28,502 nt of DNA. Origin: Octopus sinensis (taxonomy: Eukaryota). Each line of letters starts with the position of its first letter. Position 1 is the first letter of the stretch. Location: positions 1-28,502 of the forward strand of contig NW_021833497.1 of assembly GCF_006345805.1 (NCBI RefSeq), read 5' to 3'. Below the pieces are notes generated by a model that was not told where the DNA came from, did no database searches, and saw only the letters and a program-made list of their open reading frames with translations. Below, in pieces: positions 12,072-21,626 of the stretch. Made by a program: the position numbers and the translations under genes.

Positions 12072-12169
12072 ATATTCATGCCTACATTCAAGAACCCATA
12101 TTGAAGGGAAAGGGAATGAAGTATGATAGGAAGCGAGACAAAGACTTCAACACTGTCGCAACCTTTGAA

Positions 12170-13105
12170 GCTAAGAAAGAATGATAGCAACAGCTGAGAA
12201 TGATGCTTCTTGGAAAGCTGTTGCAGCAGCTAACTTTATCATCTTTTCTACTGCCTGTGAGGGAATAATTTGTGCTGTTGAGCGTGTTGGTTTTCGTGAG
12301 ACAAAAGTTCGCCAAGACCACCTTGACACGATAAAACAATATCTGTTGGAAACCCTAATTATCACACTGAAGGAGATTGCTGCCAAGTTTGCTAATGTGG
12401 TTGGCTTCACTGAGAGCATGAACCCAGTTCACAGACATCTCGACGGTCAGTTATACACAATGAAAAGAGTAGTCTCACAACCCGTCTCAGTGACTTTCAA
12501 AACAAATAAAGAAAAGGAAGGAACATTTGGAGAAATTAATGCAAAGGATTCAACGTGGGAAAATTATAGTAGTCTATACTGACGAAACAAATTTGAATTT
12601 TTTCCTACGACAATCTCAGGCTGGGTTAGATGCATGAGGAAAAGTTCTACAACTAAAGGACAAAAAACAATTATATACATGTTGGAGTTTCACAGCCTTG
12701 TATCGTTTATTGGGAACGCTGAAGGGGAAGCTAGAAGAAGGAAGATTATCAGGAATGGCAACGACGAATTGTCCGATGCTCCACACAATTACTGACTTTC
12801 TTGGCTACATTGTAGTTGTTTGTGATAATGTACCCTTTTATACTGACCTTGAAAGCATTGTTGCGAAGAAAAAATTCTACGGGTTCGATATATTGCATGG
12901 AAGCACATGTAGTTGTCCACTAAACCCCATTGAAGTGTATTGGAGCATCGTGAAAGCTGCTGTGAAGAGCTTTCTGGAAGATAATTTTGCTAATGTGATA
13001 AATACTCCAGCAGTTGGTATGACAGAGAGTGAGTATCGAATACAGTACCTAGAATGCTCAACTGCTAATGCCATTTCAACCATCATACCAGCTTTGCATC
13101 TCTGA
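12170..13105 (+). pseudogene. IS630/Tc1/mariner-superfamily DDE transposase, frameshifted
   Basis: N-terminal ASWKAVAAAN helix; IVVYTDETN in a shifted frame (D at 12581); VVVCDNVP (D at 12824); PLNPIEVYWSIVK (E at 12932). There are 35 residues between the second D and E, plus stops and frameshifts. Confidence 0.8.
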
Positions 13106-13274
13106 ACTTGCATCCACATCCAAAAGCATATAGTTGGTGTGATGCGGCTAGGTGATAACTGAATTATTTTTTCATGTAATTTTATGTACAAGCAAAAGAA
13201 ATGTCCATCATTCTTTGCTTTTTTCGTAATAACATGCGAGAAATATTCATTCTTTTCATGTAAATATTGTTTTC

Positions 13275-13696
13275 GGATCTTTTCAGTTTGAACGGCAGTT
13301 TTTAACATAATTTCTAGGTAACTAAAAAATTTTAAACTTCGTATACTGGTAGAATGTGTTTATAAAACATCTTTTTCTCATGACTTTATTGAGAAAATTC
13401 TATAGTTTGTAAGATATTTGTTGTGTTTTTTTTCAATTTCTGCAATTTCAACCAATCACTGACGTCTATTGAAGTAAAAAAAACATTCTGTGCCGTATGA
13501 ATATTCCCTCGTTTAAGAAACAGATTGGGTTTATTTACATTTGTGAAGAAAAAAAATATACCCTTCCCCCACTCCTAACCCTAACCCTAACACTAAAACA
13601 GATTGAAATACAATAGATCGATACTAGGGTCATAATTATGGGTGACAATTTCATATGACACCTCTAGAAAAAACTGCGTTCAAACCGAAAAGATCC
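13275..13696. mobile_element. MITE with ~29-bp TIRs and 8-bp TSD
   Basis: GGATCTTTTCAGTTTGAACGGCAGTTTTT (13275-13303) pairs with AAAAACTGCGTTCAAACCGAAAAGATCC (ends 13696). TTGTTTTC lies at 13267-13274 and 13697-13704. Confidence 0.85.
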
Positions 13697-14556
13697 TTGT
13701 TTTCTTCGGTATAACAATGTGTATGGAAATACAAGCTGTACATTACTTCATTATCCTTTATTCTTCTATTTATACCATAATATGTATTACGGTACATGAA
13801 ATGACGTGCAATATTTTTTTCCTCTTGTAGGAAATCTTGACTGTATCTGTAAATATCATGACTTTAAACAAAATCTTTAAAAACTTCTCTGTATCGTTCC
13901 AATTCAAGTATAAGTATTGCTGAAGCAATACAAAATGGGATTCAAATCAAATAGTAATTTTTTATAATTTCGCGCTAGTTATTTTAATAACAATTTCATA
14001 TATTATAAATTGGTATTCATTTATTTCAAATAAAAGTTCATCTGATTTGAATTAAGTTCATATAATTTAAATCATAGTTCAGTTGTTTTAATTCGAGATT
14101 CATTTATTGTAATATCAAATTCGTTTATTTTAATTTGATATTCAGTTGTTTTAATTTGGAATGAAAAAATGTATTGGTCACACACTACCTAGTGTGACCA
14201 AATGCAAATAACATTTGTTTCGTGGTGTTATTAACTCCTTTATAGTCATTCCACGAATCATTCCTATGTACTGTGGTGCAGATTATCTCGATCGAAAACA
14301 AACGGGTAGCGATTTAGTGTATCATTAGATTCGTATATGTTAAATGTGAAACAGTAAAAGCAAGGGGAGGGAATGTGTGAGTGCTCGTATGGGTGCAGGT
14401 GTGTATGTGTGGGCATGCGTGTATATCGGTGTGCGTGTGCGGTGCACCCTGTTTAGCCTCTAAGTGAATCACCAGATTCGAAAAAAGAAATATGCTGTGC
14501 AAAATATACACTTTAATATATATAGACACAGCGACAAAGAAACAGCACAGACGAAT

Positions 14557-14615
<59 letters not shown>

Positions 14616-14772
14616 ATATGTATATGTATATACGAAAGAAGGTTTGAAAATGCAATTTTAAAAGATGTTTATTTACTTTACCGGTTTCACTCTTTGGAAA
14701 AAGATTGTCAAAAGTAACATGTAGAAGTTTGGTTGAGTTAATTATTGGTTGTTACAAAATGCAACATTACAT

Positions 14773-15160
14773 ATATACAGTCTTTGGTAACAAGGACATG
14801 TAAAGGACATAAAAATGTTTAACAAGTTCCTTAAAATATTGGGCACAAAAGATTACAGCATAAATAATCATTCTCAAGAACATGTTAAAGATAGTTTCCA
14901 GAAGGAATTATTAAAAAGTTCAGTGGGATATTGGTATTGTATCTGTATATTAAAATACGCACAGAATATTGGTTGATACAGAGTACTACAATACACATAT
15001 ATACATTCTTTGGTGACATGAGCATGTTAAGAACATAAAAAAGTTGAACAAGTTCATTGAAATATTGGGCACAAAAGATTACAACAGATATATTATACAT
15101 TCTCAAGGTAATTTCCAGAAGGAATTATTAAAAAGTTCAGTGGAATATTGGTATATAGGC
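14773..15160. repeat. Diverged tandem duplication, period ~226 bp
   Basis: ATATACA.TCTTTGGT.ACA starts at 14773 and 14999; AAATATTGGGCACAAAAGATTACA and TTTCCAGAAGGAATTATTAAAAAGTTCAGTGG each occur twice. Confidence 0.85.
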
Positions 15161-15204
15161 ACAGAATATTATGAGTTCAAAAAGGTTTACATTATAATAC
15201 TAGG

Positions 15205-15274
15205 AAAGCTAAAACTGACCTGTCCACCATGTTAAAAGAATATTAAACATGGTGGACAGGTCAGTTTTAGCTTT
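15205..15274. repeat. Perfect 29-bp inverted repeat with 12-nt spacer
   Basis: AAAGCTAAAACTGACCTGTCCACCATGTT (15205-15233) and its exact reverse complement (15246-15274). Confidence 0.95.
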
Positions 15275-15278
15275 TAGC

Positions 15279-15331
<53 letters not shown>

Positions 15332-15431
15332 CATTTAATAAAAAAAAACGAAGAACAAATACAAAAAAAACAACGCGAAGACGTGGTACATGTAAATTTT
15401 TTGTAGACGCTCAGGGAAAGTAAGAAAGATG

Positions 15432-15466
15432 GTTTAACGTTTCGAGAAAGGTTCTTCTTCAGAAAC
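15432..15466 (-). ncRNA. Minimal type I hammerhead motif, family C
   Basis: Minus: GTTT-CTGAAGA-A-GAACCTTTCTC-GAAAC-GT-T-AAAC. Core intact, stem I 4/4, stem II weak. The surrounding ~15362-15520 is homologous to 648-845. Confidence 0.6.
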
Positions 15467-15845
15467 AGAGGAAAGTCCAATAGAAAAGGAATCGCCAACG
15501 ATTCACAGTATCAGAAAGATATGCACTTGTATATTTTTCATTACTGGTATCTCTAATCGAATTGTAACCTAACACTCCGACGACCCTTAATGACCCCTAG
15601 TGCGAAACCGACCTGTAAAATTGGCCATAATTGATATATAATATTATACACTTCGATTTATATATATATATATATATATATATAATGGTTGTATACTGTC
15701 AATCTAACGTGAACGTGACGGTAGGGGGTTACACACCGTTGTTTAGCCCTAGGAAGCATCGACGCTTTCTGATGGCTTCGACACATTTTTCCTGTGTCCT
15801 TATATACATTTACGAAGGGGAGACAAACACCCCCAGCAGCCAGGC

Positions 15846-15904
15846 CTGCATCTGGAGACACGCATGTTTCAGGATCATTGTCCATCATCGGTCTAGAGTA
15901 GCAG
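15846..15904 (-). ncRNA. Hammerhead motif with core substitution (CCGATGA)
   Basis: Paralogue of 16156-16214 with U4 changed to C, so probably impaired. Confidence 0.55.
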
Positions 15905-16155
15905 ACGCCCGATTCGCAAATGTATATATCTAATTTTCAGTGAAGTTTATCCACTGATTACCAAAATCAGAAATGTTAAATTTCTAAATCTCTCATAGAG
16001 ATATGTACGGTGGTGGGGCGATAGAATGGTTGTATACTGCCAATCTAACTTGAACGTGACAGTAGGGGTTTACACCACCGCTGTTTAGCCCTAGGAAGCA
16101 TCGACGCTTTCTGATGTCTTCGACATCGGGATAGATATTCTCGGCTGACGGGCGT

Positions 16156-16214
16156 CTGCTACTCTAGACTGATGATGGACAATGATCCTGAAACATGTGT
16201 GTCTCCAGATGCAG
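16156..16214 (+). ncRNA. Type I hammerhead ribozyme motif
   Basis: CTGC-tac-TCTAGA-CTGATGA-T-GGA caatga TCC-T-GAAACA-tgtg-TGT-C-TCCAGA-t-GCAG. Core intact with a GUC site (cut after 16203) and an extended, bulged stem I. Confidence 0.72.
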
Positions 16215-16460
16215 GCCTGGCTGCTGGGGGTGTTTGTCTCCCCTTCGTAAATGTATATAAGGACACAGGAAAAATGTGTCGAAGCCATCAAAAAGCGTCG
16301 ATACTTCCTAGGGCTAAACAGCGGTGGTGTAACCCCCTACTGGCACGGTCACGTTAGATTGACAGTATACAACCATTCTATCGCCCCACCACCGTACATA
16401 TCTCTATGAGATATTTAGAAATTTAATATTTCTGATTTTATATATATATATATATATATA

Positions 16461-16860
16461 GGCGCAGGAATGGCTGTGTGGTAAGTAGCTTGCTAACCAA
16501 CCACATGGTTCCGGGTTCAGTCCCACTGCGTGGCATCTTGGGCAAGTGTCTTCTGCTATAGCCCCGGGCCGACCAATGCCTTGTGAGTGAATTTGGTAGA
16601 CGGAAACTGAAAGAAGCCTGTCGTATATATGTATTTATTTATATATATATGTGTATGTGTGTGTGTCTGTGTTTGTCCCCCTAGCATTGCTTGACAACCG
16701 ATGCTGGTGTGTTTACGTCCCCGTCAATTAGCGGTTCGGCAAAAAGAGACCGATAGAATAAGTACTGGGCTTACAAAGAATAAGTCCCGGGGTCGATTTG
16801 CTCGACTAAAGGCGGTACTCCAGCATGGCCGCAGTCAAATGACTGAAACAAGTAAAAGAT
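16461..16860 (+). mobile_element. SINE family A, full length, well preserved
   Basis: A-box-like TGGCTGTGTGGTAAG, B-box GGTTCAGTCCC, CORE-like CTTGGGCAAGTGTCTTC, an internal microsatellite, and an A-rich GAAACAAGTAAAAGA tail. Confidence 0.9.
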
Positions 16861-16878
16861 AAAAAAGATAAAAGAAGA

Positions 16879-16914
<36 letters not shown>

Positions 16915-16980
16915 TATATGTATGTATGTATGTATATGTATGTATGTATGTATATGTATATGTATATAAGTATGTGTGTA

Positions 16981-17110
16981 TCATCATCATCATCATCATC
17001 ATATGACGTCCGCTCGCCATGCTGGCATGGGTTGGACGGTTTGACACGGAGCTGGCTAGCAGGGAGCTGTCCAGACTGCTGTCTGTTGTGACACGGTTTC
17101 TGTTGCTGTC
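16981..17110 (-). mobile_element. RTE-type 3' end fragment with (GAT)n tail
   Basis: (CAT)n followed by GCATGGGTTGGACGGTTTGAC, matching the LINE 3' end at ~24700-24755. Confidence 0.65.
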
Positions 17111-17150
17111 TGCCCTTCCGTGAATGTGTGTTTGCATGCGTGCGTGCGTG

Positions 17151-17151
<1 letters not shown>

Positions 17152-17208
<57 letters not shown>
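17152..17208. repeat. (GT)n microsatellite
   Basis: Read directly from the sequence. Confidence 0.95.
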
Positions 17209-17210
<2 letters not shown>

Positions 17211-18598
17211 TTAACAAGGAGAGCGAAGTGAGCAAGTTGTCTTATTGCATAGATCTATAATTATTTCACTGGCATTCCAACTCAACAATACTGCTATATT
17301 TTAATATAATAAATGCAAGTATAGTCTTAAGCCCTATCATTATATTCATACGCTTGAATGTCGACTCATCAGAATCGTGTATATTTTTCCTTCCTTTTTT
17401 TTTCTTGTGATATGTCAACGTATTCATAGGAACACATATATTTGCTGTGGATATAATATCGTAAAAATTCACGTTCTCTATAACATATAATTTAATACAC
17501 GATTCTCATGAGAAGACTTTCGAGTATATCAATATAATGATACAGCTTGAGTCTATAGTTGCATATATTAGAAAATAATATAGCAATAATCTTGGGTTCG
17601 AATGCCAATGAAACAATTGTAAATTTATGTAATAAAACGACTTGATCTTTCCACCCTTCTTATTAATAATGATATAAATTCTACGGATGTTTATGGGTTT
17701 GGGGAAATATGATCCACAAAATATCGACCTCCGATTAAAACTCATACCTTATAAGCTGTTCACGTTGACGAGCTTAAAAGTTTAAACACCGGGGTTAATA
17801 AAATTCTTATTCACTTTTGACCATAGGCTGAAACAGCTGTAAGAAGTAATTTCTGGATTTCAATAATTTATAATATGACTTTTAAAATCTGTATTTGTAT
17901 TATTATCTTATCTATTGATTTATATAATATTTTGTTTGCTTTTGATGTTCTCATTTGTAAAATGAATAATCCGTAAGTTGATGAACAAACTAAATTCAGG
18001 ACGTGGCGAGCCAATAAGCGGGCCCCTCATTATAATTATGTATATAATTACTGACTACTGCAAATTTTGGGTGAATACTTGATAAGTGTAAGCACCTGTA
18101 TACGCCAGATAGGTGAAAGAGAATATATCAAATATCTGGCGTATGCTCTGCCACCTTTGTGTTCTGTTTTTGATTTTATTTGTTATATATATATATATAT
18201 AATAAAACGGAAAATGTGTGTATGTGTACAGGTATTTTTCTTGATCCCCCTTAAAATCAGTATTTTTCATCCGATTTCATTCACGCTGGGAACATACATC
18301 CCTTATAATCCCGAGATGGTCATAGACTCTTCCAATTTGCCGCATAAAGAGTAATTTCGCCTCTAAGGGACAAAAACACCTTCTCATAGGTAGATAACAA
18401 ATACCAACGATCGTTGCTTCAAAGGACATTATTCTTTCACTTCGTCTATTTTCACTTCGCCTTCACTGCAAACCGCCGATATTTGTATATTAGCACTTTC
18501 TTGAAGTAGCCATACAATTTAAACCAACTTTAAATTATATTTTTAAAATCTTCAGAAATTAATGCATATTATATATATTCTCTGCTTTTACTCATACA

Positions 18599-18828
18599 TA
18601 TTTCTTTACTACCCACAAGGGGTTTAAACACAGGGGGGACAAGCAAGGACAGACAAACGAATTAAGTCGATTACATCGACCCCAATGCGTAACTGGTACT
18701 TAATTTATCGACCCCGAAAAGATGAAAGGCAAAGTCGACCTCGACGGAATTTGAACTCACAACGTAACGGCAGCCGAAATACCGCAAAGCATTTCGCCTG
18801 ACGTGAAACGATTCTGCCAGCTCGCCGC
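18599..18828 (-). mobile_element. SINE family B, full length
   Basis: Matches the other family B copies; ACTCATAC at 18590-18597 and 18829-18836 is a likely TSD. Confidence 0.85.
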
Positions 18829-19184
18829 ACTCATACCAACTTGTGACAATTATACAGTTTTTACAATGCCGATATTTTACACTGCAAACTGCCGATATCT
18901 GCTTGTTAGAATTTCCTTGAACAATCGTTGCTTCAGGGGACATTACTACTTGCATGTTAGCACTTCCTTGATGTAGCCTGGCAATTTAAATAAACTTTTC
19001 AATATGTTTTAAATGCCTTAAGACAATGTTTAACCAGAAAGCCCAAAGGCTCAAACGTCTCAACCATTCTTAATACCATTGTGACAATTTTCTGAACTTA
19101 CTCGCGTGTGTGTATGTGTGTATGTGTGTATGTATGTATGTATATATATACCAATATCGATTAGATGATTTGATGTTGTTATAC

Positions 19185-19410
19185 ACCGCTAGACACAATG
19201 CGCTTCGCTTTGTGCTCTTTTTAGCTTACCAGCCTTGTACCACCACGCTAGGTTGACAGGCAGACCGGTATTCCCCTTGAATGAAAACTAGGCCATCGGA
19301 GGGCTGCTCATTTACAGCTGAGTGCATTGTAACAACGTGAAATTTAGTGTCTTACTCAAGAACACAATGTGTCACTCGGTCTGAGAATCGGAACCATCAT
19401 CTTGCAACAT
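19185..19410 (-). mobile_element. Diverged SINE (family D/E-like)
   Basis: CACAATGCGCTTCGC is shared with ~5775; TGTCTTACTCAAGAACACAA and GAGAATCGGAACC resemble the family D head region. Confidence 0.55.
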
Positions 19411-19521
19411 TGTCTGGGACTTTACACATGCAGGTATAAAGTCATATACACACATACAGTCACAAACACACACACACGCACACACATTCATACATAAATA
19501 CATATATACAAGCATATATAG

Positions 19522-19571
<50 letters not shown>

Positions 19572-19589
19572 GATATATATATATATATG

Positions 19590-20068
19590 CTTTGAAAGGT
19601 TTTAGTCAAAACAATCGACCCAGTACTTATTCTATCGGTGTCGCATGCCGAACCGCTAGGTTACGAAGAATTAACGCCGGTTGTCAAGTGGTGGGGAGAA
19701 ACACAAACACAATCACACAATCACACTCACACACAATCACATATCACATATATATATAATAACAAAGGGTAAAATTAATTAATTAAGAGGTAATCAATAA
19801 ATTGTAGAATTCGGTATGAAAACAGGACCGTTAACACGGTAAAGTTTAGTAATTTAGTAATTTTAGCAAAATTCTTTTGCTGAACCCTTTTTATTAGTAT
19901 ATATATATATATACGACGGACTTCTTTCAGTTTCCGTCTGCCAATTCTACTCACAAGTCTTTGCGCGCCCGAAGCTATAGTAGAAGACACTTGCCCAAGC
20001 GACACCTAGTGAGACTGAACCCTAAACCATATGTGATTGGGAAGCAAGCTTCTTACCACACAGCCACA
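19590..20068 (-). mobile_element. SINE family A with internal insertion
   Basis: Tail ~19590-19710 and head ~19912-20068 match family A; an unrelated AT-rich segment lies at ~19760-19895. Confidence 0.7.
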
Positions 20069-20094
20069 AAAGTATGTGTTGACAGCCAGACAGC

Positions 20095-20138
<44 letters not shown>

Positions 20139-20215
20139 TGATAGATTGATAGATAGATAGATTGATAGATAGATTGATTGATAGATAGATTGATTGATAG
20201 ATAGATTGATTGATT

Positions 20216-20273
<58 letters not shown>

Positions 20274-20274
20274 C

Positions 20275-20322
<48 letters not shown>
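20095..20322. repeat. (GATA)n/(GATT)n grading into (GACA)n
   Basis: Read directly from the sequence. Confidence 0.95.
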
Positions 20323-20325
<3 letters not shown>

Positions 20326-20547
20326 TGAAGATTTATTTAAGATATATATATAACCTCGATGTTAGCAAAACAAATGTTTACTGACAACCAATGCAGACAG
20401 TTATATTTGTAGACACACGTAAGCACGATATGCACTTTTATGCCAAATCTGCCTCGGCTAACTTGATTTGCGTTCATCTTTGTGCTCTTAGATTCTATCT
20501 ATCCATTTACATAGATAATAATGTTACTCTAACTTCCCTCTTCAGAC

Positions 20548-20557
20548 AGTTGTACAC

Positions 20558-20595
<38 letters not shown>

Positions 20596-20775
20596 TAGAT
20601 AGATATTTAGATATACGCCCACCCACATATATATGCATACATGGATATATATGTGCGTATGCATATCTATACACACATGTAAATGTTTATGTAAAAGTAT
20701 AGTTTTACATATATATAAATAAATATATATATATATTAATATATATCTATATATATATATTATATTGTATATATG

Positions 20776-20816
<41 letters not shown>

Positions 20817-20930
20817 CCTATATGTGCCTATGATTTCACATACATATATATACGTATATGCAGAAGTGTGAATATATATATAATATATATGTATATATAT
20901 ACATATATTTACATATATATACATATATTA

Positions 20931-20967
<37 letters not shown>

Positions 20968-20970
20968 GCA
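20548..20970. repeat. Degenerate (TA)n-rich tract
   Basis: Read directly from the sequence. Confidence 0.9.
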
Positions 20971-21304
20971 TGTTTCTGTGAGTATGTATGTCTGTATCCA
21001 TATGTGTGTGTGGTGCGCATTTATATATGTGCGCTTGAGGGATGTCTACTTGAGTGTGTGTAGGGGTGGTATCTGCTTGTGCGTGCGACGTGCGTGCCTG
21101 TGCATGCGTCTGACAATTTGTGCTTGTTGTTATATATGTATTATTCGCATTTTTTTTTTTTTTTTTGTCTTTTCCTGAAAACTTATGTTACTTCTCACAG
21201 TAGTTTTTACTCGAAAAATACTTTTTGACATTTATTTCTGAATTTTTATCCCACGGCAAAATATTCTTTCCCCCTCTATTTTTTTTTCCAATTTTTTTCT
21301 CTCA

Positions 21305-21626
<322 letters not shown>

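Larger units (their letters stand above)
15684..16439. mobile_element. HHR-bearing element: partial tandem (period 341) plus inverted monomer, flanked by (TA)n
   Basis: AATGGTTGTATACTG starts at 15684 and 16025. ~16148-16379 is the reverse complement of 15684-15910, and ~16277-16439 of 15963-16125. Confidence 0.85.

Noticed and set aside
11682-13740. TA-CAGTTTG ... CAAGCTG-TA as termini of the DD35E transposon
   Set aside because: Only 6 of 7 bases match and the similarity does not extend inward, which is too weak to call TIRs.
14174-14201. 10-bp inverted repeat TTGGTCACAC/GTGTGACCAA
   Set aside because: Short and isolated, with no TSD or second copy seen.
16461-16530. tRNA-like sequences here and at other SINE heads
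   Set aside because: A and B boxes are present, but there is no full cloverleaf and each continues into a SINE body, so none is a tRNA gene.
17490-18360. Non-repetitive AT-rich stretch with short ORFs as a possible exon or transposon relic
   Set aside because: No recognisable motif, no convincing splice-bounded frame, and no paired termini.
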